Source: an uncultured delta proteobacterium (lineage in GTDB: Bacteria > Desulfobacterota > Binatia > UBA9968). From it: a stretch of 64,000 nt of DNA. Location: assembly GCA_963745035.1 (NCBI GenBank), contig CAVUVW010000013.1, forward strand, positions 224,001 to 288,000, in the 5' to 3' direction. Positions 32,204-42,230 of the stretch are shown one piece after another. The notes beneath the pieces are model-generated. The model was not told the origin of the DNA. It saw only the letters and a list, made by a program, of their open reading frames with translations, and did no database searches. Position numbers and translations under genes: made by a program. Within the stretch, counting starts at the first letter, position 1. Each line of letters begins with the position of its first letter.

Positions 32204-32232
32204 AATGTAACCTGTGCCGCGGGGGAAATCAA
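32204..32232 (-). promoter_or_regulatory. Sigma70 promoter TTGATT-N17-TACATT of the epoxidase operon
   Basis: Plus strand AATCAA 32227-32232 and AATGTA 32204-32209. Confidence 0.7.
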
Positions 32233-32262
32233 CCCCGGGTTCGAAAATTCAGAGGAAGATCA

Positions 32263-34659
32263 TCAATGATACATTTCCAGCAGTTCAATGATGCCGAGAT
32301 CGCGCATCTGATTGAAAAGATAGCGCTTGATTTCGCCCATGGTGTCCATTTCGAGCACGATCTCGGCGGTCGCCTTGGCGGTTTGATAGCTGATGGAGCG
32401 AATTGCCTTTTTGACCACCGGCACGTACAGGGAGCCCATGCTGAACTCTTCCAAGCCCATGCCCAAGAGCAGCAAGGCGCTCAGCGGGTCGCCGGCCATT
32501 TCTCCGCACATGGCGATCCGTTTTCCTTCCCGTTTGCCGGCTTCGATGGTCGAGCTCAGAGCGGAGAGGACGGCGGGATGCAAAGGTTCGTAGAGGCTCG
32601 CGACTTTGCGATTGCTGCGATCGACGGCCAAAATGTATTGGATCAGGTCGTTGGTGCCGATGCTCATAAAATCCACTTCGCGGAGAAAGCGCTCGGCAAG
32701 CGCGACGGCCGCGGGGACTTCAACCATGATGCCGAGCTCCATTTGCCGATCGTAGGGCGTGCCCTCGCGCTCGAGCTCGTTCTTGGCTTCGGCGAGGATT
32801 TCTTTCACTTTCAGGATTTCTTCCAGGCTCGAAATCATCGGGATCAGCATACGCACCCGGCCGAGGTCACCGGCGCGGAGAATGGCGCGCAGCTGGGTTT
32901 TGAAAATCTCCTCCACTTCGAGCGATATGCGGATCGAGCGCCAGCCCAGAAACGGGTTCGGCTCGCTCGCCACGCTGCGCATGTACGAGGGATACTTGTC
33001 GGCGCCGATATCCAACGTGCGAATGGTGACCGGTTTGCCGGCCATGCCTTCGACCACTCGGCTGTAAAGCGAAAATTGATCCTCTTCGCTGGGAAAATCG
33101 CGATGCGATAAAAACGGGATTTCGGTTCGGTAAAGCCCGACGCCCTGGGCGCCGTGCAACTGGGCGAACGCGACATCGCTCAACAAGCCGATATTGGCGT
33201 AGAGCGACACACGATGGCCGTCGGTCGTTTCAGCCGGCAGGTTTTTCAGCCCCCCCAGCTCGCGATTCAGCTCGGCGTAGTCGCGCCCCAGACGGTCGTA
33301 TTCGCGAATCACCTCCGGATTGGGATTGACGTGGATGCTGCCGGCGTTGCCGTCGATGATCAGCATGTCGCCCTGATGAACCGATTCCATGAGATCTTCA
33401 ATCGCGACCACGCTGGGAATCTCGAAAGACTTGGCCAGGATCGAAGCGTGCGAAGTCACGCCGCCGGTGGCGAGCGCAATGCCGCGGAACTTGTCGCCCT
33501 CGAGCATGCTCAAATCGGCGGGGGAAAGATCCTCGGCCACCAGGATGGCGTCGTCCGGAATAGCGTACTGCTGGCCCGGCATGCCGGTGAGGTTTTCGAG
33601 GAGCCGCTGGGCGGCGTCTTTTACGTCGGTGGTGCGCTCGCGCAGATAGTCGTCGTCGATATTGGCGATGGATTTCAGATACTGCTCGAAGACGACCTTG
33701 ACGGCATATTCGGCGACGCTCCCTTCTTCGACAATGCGCGCTTCGATCTGCTGGATGATGGCGGGATCTTCGAGAATCAATCGATACACGTCGAAGATCG
33801 CGCTTTCCTCCTTGGAGATCAGGTGGTGCATGCGATTTTTAACGACGTTGATCTGCTCGATGCCGCGCTCCACCGCGCCGCGAAAACGCTCGCGCTCGCG
33901 CTCCGGATTGCGCGCTTTTTTCTTTTGGATCGCGCTCAAATCCATGCGCGGCTCGAGCACGAAAGCTTTGCCCCGGCCAAAGCCCGGCGAAGCCGCCAGG
34001 CCGCCCAGGCGGCCGCGAAAGTGCTGCCGGGATTTCGCCGCCTTGTCGCGGCGCACGCCTTCGTAGGAGCGCAGCTTGCGCATCGCCTCGTTCATGCGCT
34101 TTTGAAAACTCTTGCGCTCCTGTTCCTTAGTTTTGAGCGAGTCGACGAGACGGGCCTGGACGATGATGCTCGTGGCCTGCGCCGAGATGGTCGTGAGCAG
34201 CCGTATCTCATCCCGCGCGAATTCGCGGCGGCGGGAAGTTTGGACGACCAAGACTCCGAGAGGCAGTTTGCGCTCGATCAGCGGCACTCCCAAAAAAGAA
34301 TGAAAGTGTTCCTCATGGGTTTCCGGAAAGTATTTGTAGCGCGGATGGGCCAGCGTATCGGCGACCATCACCGGCTTCATCCGCTCGATCACCAAGCCGG
34401 TCAAGCCCTCGCCGGTGCCCATCGACACTTTATCGACCGATTCCGGGTCCAGGCCCCGGGTGGCACGCAAGGTGAGGCGCTTTTTGTCGCGATCCAGAAT
34501 GTAGATCGAACAGACTTCGGTCTGCATGCGGTCGGCCACAGTGGCGACGATGCTGTCGAGGGTTTCCTGCAAGTCGTGAGAATGGCTGATGAGAGTGCTG
34601 ATATCCTCGAGGATATCGAGGTGAGGGCGGATCTTGCGAGTTTTTTTCGTCGCTGCCAT
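32263..34659 (-). CDS. ptsP: Phosphoenolpyruvate-protein phosphotransferase with N-terminal GAF domain (EI-Ntr)
   Basis: GAF (GEGLTGLV, FLGVPL), GVTSHASI phospho-His, GLYRTE, SIGTNDL, MCGEMAGD. Confidence 0.93.
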   Translation of the reverse strand: MAATKKTRKIRPHLDILEDISTLISHSHDLQETLDSIVATVADRMQTEVCSIYILDRDKKRLTLRATRGLDPESVDKVSMGTGEGLTGLVIERMKPVMVADTLAHPRYKYFPETHEEHFHSFLGVPLIERKLPLGVLVVQTSRRREFARDEIRLLTTISAQATSIIVQARLVDSLKTKEQERKSFQKRMNEAMRKLRSYEGVRRDKAAKSRQHFRGRLGGLAASPGFGRGKAFVLEPRMDLSAIQKKKARNPERERERFRGAVERGIEQINVVKNRMHHLISKEESAIFDVYRLILEDPAIIQQIEARIVEEGSVAEYAVKVVFEQYLKSIANIDDDYLRERTTDVKDAAQRLLENLTGMPGQQYAIPDDAILVAEDLSPADLSMLEGDKFRGIALATGGVTSHASILAKSFEIPSVVAIEDLMESVHQGDMLIIDGNAGSIHVNPNPEVIREYDRLGRDYAELNRELGGLKNLPAETTDGHRVSLYANIGLLSDVAFAQLHGAQGVGLYRTEIPFLSHRDFPSEEDQFSLYSRVVEGMAGKPVTIRTLDIGADKYPSYMRSVASEPNPFLGWRSIRISLEVEEIFKTQLRAILRAGDLGRVRMLIPMISSLEEILKVKEILAEAKNELEREGTPYDRQMELGIMVEVPAAVALAERFLREVDFMSIGTNDLIQYILAVDRSNRKVASLYEPLHPAVLSALSSTIEAGKREGKRIAMCGEMAGDPLSALLLLGMGLEEFSMGSLYVPVVKKAIRSISYQTAKATAEIVLEMDTMGEIKRYLFNQMRDLGIIELLEMYH

Positions 34660-34846
34660 GAGGTAGAAGAACCAAATATTCTTTAGAACACAATTTGTGA
34701 AATTCCGCCAGCGACGTTGAATGAACTGAGCGATATCCGGGCGATGGCGGAGCGTTGCCGCGGCGCGTCGAACGCCATTTATGGCGGGAACCGGCATGAC
34801 CGGGCGCCAAACCACGAAGCGCTTGGCCTGCAATCGCCCGCGGTTG

Positions 34847-34855
34847 TGTTATAGT
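34847..34855 (+). promoter_or_regulatory. Extended -10 (TGtTATAGT) 6 nt before ATG, leaderless promoter
   Basis: TG 34847-34848, TATAGT 34850-34855, ATG 34862, no SD sequence. Confidence 0.6.
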
Positions 34856-34861
34856 CTCGAC

Positions 34862-35272
34862 ATGGGTCGGATCGCCGGACTTAAGGGCATGCGCCACGTC
34901 GCGCTCAAAGTGCGCGATGTCGCGCGCGCAAAAAATTTCTATCAGGAAATTCTCGGCATGGACGTGGTTTGGGAGCCTGACGCGCAGAATGTCTACCTTT
35001 CCTCGGGCTGCGACAACGTCGCGCTCCACCAAGCGCCGGAAGCGTTGCTTCAAGCCGCCAAGGAGAGGCAGCTTGACCATCTGGGGTTTTTGGTCGAAAG
35101 CGTCGAACGGGTAAAGGAGCTCGAGTCCGAGTTTCGCTCTCGAAACGTGACGATCGTGCATCCGTTCAAAGTCCACCGCGATGGCAGCGCGTCGTTCTAT
35201 TGCGCCGACCCCGACGGCGTCGTCATTCAGATGCTCTACGAGCCGGCGCTGAGCCCGCAGGAGATCCGCTGA
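34862..35272 (+). CDS. VOC/glyoxalase family protein
   Basis: RHVALKVRD, FYQEILG, LDHLGF, ADPDG. Confidence 0.9.
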   Translation: MGRIAGLKGMRHVALKVRDVARAKNFYQEILGMDVVWEPDAQNVYLSSGCDNVALHQAPEALLQAAKERQLDHLGFLVESVERVKELESEFRSRNVTIVHPFKVHRDGSASFYCADPDGVVIQMLYEPALSPQEIR

Positions 35273-35508
35273 GGCTGCGCGATCGGAGGCGCACAGAATG
35301 AGATCGGCCCGGCCATGGAGAGATCGCGAGACTTGCCTTTTACCCGTGACGGCTCGATTCATGAGCCCGCAGGGCCGGGCTGGGGTATTCGCGTGCAAGT
35401 TTGACTTCGTTCACGCGTCCAAACCTTGACGGTCATCCCGAACTTCAAATAAAGTTCAAGTGGTGACAATTGAGCGCCGCAGGCAATCATCTTCGGAAGG
35501 AGCGCACT

Positions 35509-37197
35509 ATGTACGATCTCGTGTTGAAGGGTGGCAGAATTTATGACGGTTCGGGCATGCCGAGCTACAATGCCGATATCGCGATCCACGCCGGCCGGAT
35601 CGCCGAAATCGGCCGCCTCAACGGCAACGCGCGGCGCACGCTCAAGGTCGATGGCTTGGCGGTCGCGCCCGGCTTTATCGATCCGCACACCCACCTTGAC
35701 GCGCAATTGCTCTGGGACCCGCTCGGCACCTCGTCTTGTTTCCACGGCGTTACTTCGGTGGTCGTCGGCAACTGCGGCTTAAGCCTGGCTCCAGCCAAGC
35801 CGGAAGACCGCGACGCCGTCATCAAGAGCTTTGTGCGGGTGGAAGCAATCAGCCGCCGGGTGCTCGAAGAAGGCGTCGAATGGAAATGGACTTCCACCGG
35901 GGAATATCTCGGCGCGCTCGGCGTCCGGCTGGGAATCAACGCCGCCGCACTGGTCGGCCATATCGCGGTGCGCCACTACGTCATGGGCGAAGAAGCGGTG
36001 GAGCGCCAAGCGACCGCGGAAGAAGTCGCTCAAATGAAACAGCTCGTCCGCCGGGGCATGGAAGCTGGCGCGGTCGGGTTTTCCACCAATCAGAACCCGC
36101 GCCATATACGTGAGGACAGAAAGCCGGTGGCGAGCCGACTCGCTTCGGACGACGAGCTGGGGACCCTGCTCGATGTTTTGGGCGAAATGAATTCTGGCGT
36201 CGTGCAACTCAGCGGCGGCGGCGCCGACGCGCGCGGGCGCATCGCCTACGCCGCAGGCATGGCGCGCCGCACCGGGCGGCCGGTGCTCTGGCAGAGCATC
36301 AATCACAGTTGGAGCCGGCCCAATTTCTGGCAGGAAATGCTCGTCAACACGCAGCGCGTGTTCGCCGAAGAAGGGCTGCCGATCTATGCCATGACTCAGG
36401 CCAAGCCGTTTGAAAACCGCTATACCTTGCTCGACGCGCAGTGCTTCGATGAATTTCCCACCTGGAAGGCGGCGATGTTCAGCCCGGTGCCGGCGCGCAA
36501 GCAGATGTTCGCCGACCCGGAGCTCAGAAAAAAACTGCGCGCCGAAGCGATCGAGGACCAATCGCCGTCGGTGTTCCCACGCCGTTGGGACGTGATTTTC
36601 GTCGATCAGGTGAATCTCGACAAAAACAAATCGCTGGAAAGAAAATCGGTGCAGGAAGCCGCCCAGGCGCGGGGTAAAGACGGCTTGGACTTTTTTCTCG
36701 ATTTGTCCCTCGAAGAAGATCTCAAGGCGCGCTTCGTGCACATCAATACCCAAGGCGATCCCGAAGCCGTATGCGCGATCCTCAAGCATCCGTCGGTGAT
36801 GATCGGCCAGTCCGATGCCGGAGCGCACATGGGCTATGACGCCCGCTTCGGCTACAGCACGGCATTCCTCGGCCGTTGGGTACGCGATCACGGCATCATG
36901 AGCCTGGAAGACGCCGTGCACAAGCTGACCTTTCGGGTCGCATCGATCTTCGGATTGGGCGACCGCGGCCTGCTGCGGCCGGGCTTGGCCGCCGATGTGG
37001 CGGTGTTCGATCCCGCGACGGTGAATACGCTCGAACCCGAGTACGTGCAGGATCTTCCCGGCAACGAGACGCGCATGATCCAGAAAGCCGCCGGCGTGCC
37101 GCACACTATCGTCAACGGCGAAGTCGTGATCGAGAACGGCGCGCCGACCGGCGCGCTGCCCGGCAAGGTACTGAGGCCGAGCGCGTGGAGCGTGTAG
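35509..37197 (+). CDS. N-acyl-D-amino-acid deacylase family amidohydrolase
   Basis: PGFIDPHTHLDAQ, GVTSVVVGNCG, SDAGAH, DLPG. Confidence 0.92.
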   Translation: MYDLVLKGGRIYDGSGMPSYNADIAIHAGRIAEIGRLNGNARRTLKVDGLAVAPGFIDPHTHLDAQLLWDPLGTSSCFHGVTSVVVGNCGLSLAPAKPEDRDAVIKSFVRVEAISRRVLEEGVEWKWTSTGEYLGALGVRLGINAAALVGHIAVRHYVMGEEAVERQATAEEVAQMKQLVRRGMEAGAVGFSTNQNPRHIREDRKPVASRLASDDELGTLLDVLGEMNSGVVQLSGGGADARGRIAYAAGMARRTGRPVLWQSINHSWSRPNFWQEMLVNTQRVFAEEGLPIYAMTQAKPFENRYTLLDAQCFDEFPTWKAAMFSPVPARKQMFADPELRKKLRAEAIEDQSPSVFPRRWDVIFVDQVNLDKNKSLERKSVQEAAQARGKDGLDFFLDLSLEEDLKARFVHINTQGDPEAVCAILKHPSVMIGQSDAGAHMGYDARFGYSTAFLGRWVRDHGIMSLEDAVHKLTFRVASIFGLGDRGLLRPGLAADVAVFDPATVNTLEPEYVQDLPGNETRMIQKAAGVPHTIVNGEVVIENGAPTGALPGKVLRPSAWSV

Positions 37198-37246
37198 CGG
37201 ATTGGCGTGACGGAGTGGTAGCGCGGCGGCGCGCCCGCCAACGCTG

Positions 37247-38299
37247 ATGACGGCGAGCATGCACAAACTTTGTGGTGCGGTCTATTTTGCCGCGTTAGCT
37301 TCCCTTTTCGACGCAGCATCGGTCTCCGCCCAGGCGAATTTCTATCAGGGTAAAACAATCACCGTTGTCGTCGGTTCGGCGCCGGGCGGGCTCTACGACT
37401 TGTGGGGCAGGCTGTTGGCCCGGACCATGGGAAAATATATTCCGGGCAATCCCAACATGCTCGTGCAGAACATGCCGGGCGCGGGATCGATCGTCGCGGC
37501 GAATTATCTTTACGGCGTTGCCAAGCCCGACGGTCTGACCATCGGCATGTTTCAGACGCATCTCTATCTCATGCAGATGGTCGGCCAATCCGAGGTCAAG
37601 TTCGACGTGCGCCGGCTCAATTGGCTCGGGTCGCAGGAAAAGGGCCAGATGATGCTCTACATCCGCGCCGACTCCCCCCACAAATCGATCGACGATATCG
37701 TCAAAGCCAAGGAGCCGCCCAAATGCGGCGGCTCGGGAACGGCCGACCAGACGGCGCTGTTCACCAGGCTCCTGGAAGAAACGGTCGGAGCGAAATTCAC
37801 CCGCGTGCTCGGCTACAAAGGCGGCAGCGAAGTCGATCTGGCGATGGAGCGCGGCGAAGTCGTCTGCCGCGCGACCCGGATCACCGTGCACTTCAGCCGG
37901 GAGCCCTTCTTGAGCTGGGACAAGAAAGGCTTCGACCGCCATCTCGTGCAGGCCGGCAGCAAGCGCGACGCGCGCTTGCCGGAGGTCCCGACTCTCTTCG
38001 AGCTCATGGATAAATACAAAACATCCGAAGTCGGGCGGCGCCTGGCGCGGGTTGTCTTGGCCGGCGACGAGCTCGGCCGGCCGATGGTGGCGCCGCCGGG
38101 CGTGGGCGCCGACCGGGTGAAACTCTTGCGGGATGCGTACGCCAAATCGTTGAAGGACGCCGACCTGATCGCCGAGGTGCAGAAGTCGCGCTTGGACATG
38201 GAGCCGTCTAGCGGCGAGGAAATTCAAGCGCTCTACAAAGAACTCATGGATCAGCCGCGCGAAGTCATCGAGCGGGTAAAAAGACTCGAAGAGAATTGA
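37247..38299 (+). CDS. Tripartite tricarboxylate transporter substrate-binding protein (TctC/Bug)
   Basis: FYQGKTI, PGGLYD, IPGNP, NMPGAGS, KPDGLT, GYKGG. Confidence 0.9.
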   Translation: MTASMHKLCGAVYFAALASLFDAASVSAQANFYQGKTITVVVGSAPGGLYDLWGRLLARTMGKYIPGNPNMLVQNMPGAGSIVAANYLYGVAKPDGLTIGMFQTHLYLMQMVGQSEVKFDVRRLNWLGSQEKGQMMLYIRADSPHKSIDDIVKAKEPPKCGGSGTADQTALFTRLLEETVGAKFTRVLGYKGGSEVDLAMERGEVVCRATRITVHFSREPFLSWDKKGFDRHLVQAGSKRDARLPEVPTLFELMDKYKTSEVGRRLARVVLAGDELGRPMVAPPGVGADRVKLLRDAYAKSLKDADLIAEVQKSRLDMEPSSGEEIQALYKELMDQPREVIERVKRLEEN

Positions 38300-38398
38300 T
38301 CCTGATTCGCCGCGGCGCGCGGATTTTCCGCAGCCGAGCTGCCGCGATCCTTCCGAAGCGGGCGTGACGCCGCCCGCTCAAAATAAAAATCCCCAATA

Positions 38399-38427
38399 TT
38401 GCGAAGCCGCGGCGCGACCATTACGCT
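38399..38427 (+). promoter_or_regulatory. Sigma70 promoter TTGCGA-N17-TACGCT, 7 nt before GTG (leaderless)
   Basis: -35 at 38399-38404, -10 at 38422-38427, start 38435, no SD sequence. Confidence 0.6.
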
Positions 38428-38434
38428 CTAAGCT

Positions 38435-39142
38435 GTGGCGCGCGAGACGAATACGGCGGATCGGATCAACGGCCGAACGAAGATCATCGCTTTGGTATTG
38501 CTGGCGCTTGCGCTGCCCCTGCTCTGGCGCTTAACGCCGCTCCGCGATTGGGTGAATCTGGGGACGATTTTCGAATGGCAAAAATCCCTGCGCGACCATC
38601 CCGCGGCGCCGCTCTTCGTGATCGTGATCTACCTTGTCGGCAGCCTGGTTTTCTTTCCCATTACGATTCTCACGCTGGCGACGGTATTCGCCTTCGGCCC
38701 GCTTTGGGGAAATCTTTACGCCTTGAGCGGTTGGCTCCTGGCTTCGGCGCAAGGTTACTTTCTCGGCCGGCTGATCGGCCACGACTCGCTGCACCGGGTC
38801 ACCGGCAAGAGGTTTTCGGCCATCGTCGAGCGCGCCGAGCAGCATGGATTTTTGACTGTGCTTGGACTGCGGGTGGTGCCGGTGGGTCCCTTCAGTCTCG
38901 TGAACATGTTCGTCGGCGCGTCGGACATCCGCTTCCGCGACTTTTTTTGCGCAAGCCTGGTCGGGCGCATTCCGGGAATCGTGACGATGACGTTGTTCGG
39001 CGTGCAGCTTGAAAATGCGCTGCGCGAGCCGGCGTTGCTGAGCGTTGGCTTGCTGGTGATTATTCTGGTCGTGTTGCCCTGGTTGCTTGTCCGGCCCCTC
39101 CGGCGATTCCTACGATCGCGACGTTCTCGGCCGCTTGTTTAG
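38435..39142 (+). CDS. TVP38/VTT (DedA superfamily) membrane protein
   Basis: FGPLWG, LRVVPVGPF..VN..G, GRIPG. Confidence 0.88.
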   Translation: MARETNTADRINGRTKIIALVLLALALPLLWRLTPLRDWVNLGTIFEWQKSLRDHPAAPLFVIVIYLVGSLVFFPITILTLATVFAFGPLWGNLYALSGWLLASAQGYFLGRLIGHDSLHRVTGKRFSAIVERAEQHGFLTVLGLRVVPVGPFSLVNMFVGASDIRFRDFFCASLVGRIPGIVTMTLFGVQLENALREPALLSVGLLVIILVVLPWLLVRPLRRFLRSRRSRPLV

Positions 39143-39146
39143 CCGA

Positions 39147-40427
39147 TCATAGTTGCTCTTCCACCGGAAACGTGAACAGCTCGAAGAATTTTTCCTTGAG
39201 CCCTCGATCCTGCCATTCCTTGTAGGTAATTTTGCGCGACAGTTTGACGTCTTGCCAAAAAGCTCGTTCGAGCTCGCCAGCCAACCCGCGATCGTAAAGC
39301 GTCATGTTGAGCTCCTCGTTCAAAGCAAAGGAGCGGTTGTCGAAGTTGGTGCTGCCGACGGTCGCCCATACACCGTCCACGACCATGGTTTTTGAGTGCA
39401 GAAGAGCGGGCATGTATTCATAAATCGTGATGCCGCCGAGAAGCATCTCGCCGTAATATCGCCGGCTTGCCCGGTAAGTGATCTTGTGATCGATTTTGCC
39501 GGGCACGAGGATGGTCACGACCACGCCGCGCTCCACGGCCTGCAGGAGCGCTTTGATCATGCGCTCATCCGGAATGAAGTACGGATTGGTGATCAAAATG
39601 GATCTTTGCGCCGAGTTGATCGACAGCAGATAAAGCAGATAGTTTTGAAAACTCCCACCCACCGGCGAGCTCTTGACGACTTGCGCCGGCATCTTCCCGC
39701 GTGCTTCCAGGCGGGGAAAAAACCCGTCGCCGCCGATGAGATCCCCGCTCGCTTCCAGCCAGCTTTCGGCGAAAGCGCTTTGTAAATACTTTACCGCCGG
39801 CCCCTCGATGCGCAGGTTGGTGTCGCGCCAGTGCTTCTCGGTGCGCCCATCGCCCAGCCAGTCGTCGGAGATGCCGTAGCCGCCGGTGAAGCCGATGCGT
39901 CCATCGATCACAAGGATGCGTCGATGATTTCGATAATTGTATTGCAGCAGCTTCCACGGAAGAACTACCTGCGGGGCGCGGACGCGGCGGAAAAACTCCA
40001 GCTTGCAGCCGGCATCCGTAACCACCGAAGTCAGCTCCTCCGGCACCTCGCTGCTGCCGTGGCTGTCGAGCAGCAGCAAAACTTTCACTCCGGCACGGCA
40101 GCGCTCGGCAAAGCTTTCCAACAGCTTGTTGGCGAGGGAACCGCTTTTGAAGAGATATTGGGCGAACGTGATCGTCGACTTGGCATTTTTGATGTCGCGC
40201 AGCATCGCAGGAAAAAGCTCGTCGCCATTTTGCAGAATTTCGACCTTGTTGCCGCCAGCGATGGGCGCATCGGTAAGCGCTTCGATGGTCGGAAAGAACG
40301 ATGGCTCGCCGAGCTCAATCTTGGGCACTTCGTCGATGGCACGCACTTTGGCGCAGCTCAGCAGCAGGAGCAGGAAAAGCCAGGCCCAGGATTTTAACGG
40401 CATCGAAAAACTCGAAGGGGTTTTCAT
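39147..40427 (-). CDS. Cardiolipin synthase (phospholipase D family, ClsB-like)
   Basis: NHRRILVIDG and LHSKTMVVD motifs, WRDT, GSTNFD.RS. Confidence 0.9.
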   Translation of the reverse strand: MKTPSSFSMPLKSWAWLFLLLLLSCAKVRAIDEVPKIELGEPSFFPTIEALTDAPIAGGNKVEILQNGDELFPAMLRDIKNAKSTITFAQYLFKSGSLANKLLESFAERCRAGVKVLLLLDSHGSSEVPEELTSVVTDAGCKLEFFRRVRAPQVVLPWKLLQYNYRNHRRILVIDGRIGFTGGYGISDDWLGDGRTEKHWRDTNLRIEGPAVKYLQSAFAESWLEASGDLIGGDGFFPRLEARGKMPAQVVKSSPVGGSFQNYLLYLLSINSAQRSILITNPYFIPDERMIKALLQAVERGVVVTILVPGKIDHKITYRASRRYYGEMLLGGITIYEYMPALLHSKTMVVDGVWATVGSTNFDNRSFALNEELNMTLYDRGLAGELERAFWQDVKLSRKITYKEWQDRGLKEKFFELFTFPVEEQL

Positions 40428-40441
40428 CTGGTGCAGCAGAA

Positions 40442-41138
40442 TCAGGCTTTTGCCTGCTGGAAACGGCGCTTCAACCAGACGCCACCGATGATGCTGATGA
40501 CGATCAGCGCGAGCAACAGCAGGAAAGTACCGATGCCGGGGTTGCGGATGGCGCTCTCGAATTGGTGCGCGAAGAGATTGGTGATCAAAATTCCCGGGGC
40601 GAGTCCAAGGATCGATCCGATGAAGTAATCGCGCGACCGGCACTTTAAAGGCCCCGGAAACGATGTTGACCACCGTAAACGGCGCCACCGGGAGCAATCG
40701 GGCGGTGGCCACCGCGATGATGCCGGTCTGGCTTATCTTTTCTTCCAGCGAGGACCACTTGGGCCCGGCGATCTTCTGGACGAAATCCTTCCCCAGCAGA
40801 TAGCCGATGGCGTAGGTGACGATCGCCCCCGCCAAGCTGCCGATCAGCGCATACACCGATCCGAGCATGGGGCCGAATACGATCGCGGTAACCAGAATGA
40901 GCAAGGTAATCGGCACCATCAGAATGCTGCCAATAACGTAGGCGGCGAGCAGGTAAAAGTGACGAGCCGGGCTCTCGCGCCAAGCGTTCGCCCAGCGGGC
41001 GAGATAGCCGACATCGATGAGGTCGGCCAGCGGGGTCCATTTCCAAGCGGCAGCGCCGGCAAAAAGCAGCAGCAAGACAGCGCCAGCGATCCAAAGCCGC
41101 CGCTTCTGCGCGCTTCCCCGGCGCCGTTGATTAGCCAT
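40442..41138 (-). CDS. TVP38/VTT (DedA superfamily) membrane protein (frameshift ~40635)
   Basis: RLLPVAPFTVVN; true C-terminus RDYFIGSILGLAPG...QQAKA* lies in the shifted frame and ends at 40442. Confidence 0.85.
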
Positions 41139-41244
41139 GGATGTTGCCGCCTCGCATTCGAATTATTATGGCGCGAGAACCGACTCGTTTCAGTATGGCC
41201 GGAAAAAAAGGCGAGTGCGCGATGAGAAAATTTTCGAATGCCGA

Positions 41245-42223
41245 TCAGCGCTTGGCTTTCTCGGCGAAGGTCCAGTCGTAGACGACTTGGGGTTTGACTG
41301 TGATCTTTTCCTTTGCTCTGAAGGTTCCGACAGCGATCCATTCCTCCACCACCGCGTCGGGGGCCGTCAAGTCCGGATTGTATTGATCGCGGTAGATGCC
41401 GTAAAACTTTTCCGCGGCGGCGCGATCGAGTTTGAGCAGTTTTTCGAGCAGGCCGACAGCCGGCCTCCCGCTGGCTCTGGAGAAACAAGATGGCGGCGCG
41501 CTGGCCGCGCAACATGCGCGTGATCTCATCCGGCTCTCTATCAATTTTCCGCTGGGTGGTGCTCAATCCGACGATCGGAATGCGCACGAACTCCGCGGTT
41601 TCCCGCACTGACAATAGGGTACGGAATCCCTTCTGCTCGGCGCGATGCTCGAACGGACTGTTCACCACGGTGGCGTCGACGGAGCCCGCGACCAGCGCGG
41701 CAAAGCGGGCGTCGGGGCTGCCCGCGACCGCTTGTAAGGTGACGTCCTTGTTGGGATCGAGGCCATTACGGCTGAGTAACTGATAGATCGCAAAATCAGC
41801 CGAGCTGCCGAAGGTGTTGATGGCAATTCGTTTTCCCTTAAGCGCCTTAACGTTATCGATGTCGGGCCGGGAAATTATCGCGTAGCCGCTCGATTTTGTC
41901 GTCGTGCCGACGATTTTGACCGGCAGACCGCGGGTGGCGGCGCCGGCGATAAACGGCAGGATCGTGACGTAGTCGAGCTCGTTGGCCATGAGCGCGCTCA
42001 ACATCAAATTGGTCCCCTGAAACTGCACGTAGCGAGGGCGCAGGCCCTCTTTTTCGAAGAAGCCTCGTTCCACAGCGATGCGATCGGGAAGCGCGGTCCA
42101 GGCGGAGCCGCCGGTCCAGCCGATATTGAGCACTTTTGGCTCGGCGCCGAAGGACTCGGAAGATTTAGCCTGGAACAAACCCAGAACGACAAAAACGGCG
42201 GCGAGATGCGAGCGGAGTTTCAC
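41245..42223 (-). CDS. ABC substrate-binding protein, NMT1/SsuA-like (frameshift ~41465)
   Basis: GFFEKEGL, LKGKRIAI, GLDPNKDV; C-terminus in ORF 41245-41544. Confidence 0.86.
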
Positions 42224-42230
42224 GTGGCGA

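Noticed and set aside
32263-34659. ptsP as part of the epoxidase operon
   Set aside because: A separate promoter and operator lie between them; ptsP is an ordinary EI-Ntr.
38357-38390. Hairpin AGCGGGCG-tgacgc-CGCCCGCT as a terminator
   Set aside because: It is followed by an A-rich rather than U-rich tract on the plus strand and lacks a U-tract on the minus strand.
39147-41138. Apparent 663-aa VTT-cardiolipin synthase fusion in the ORF track
   Set aside because: A one-base insertion near 40635 creates it. The proper VTT C-terminus continues in another frame and stops at 40442, and the 'linker' is out-of-frame junk.
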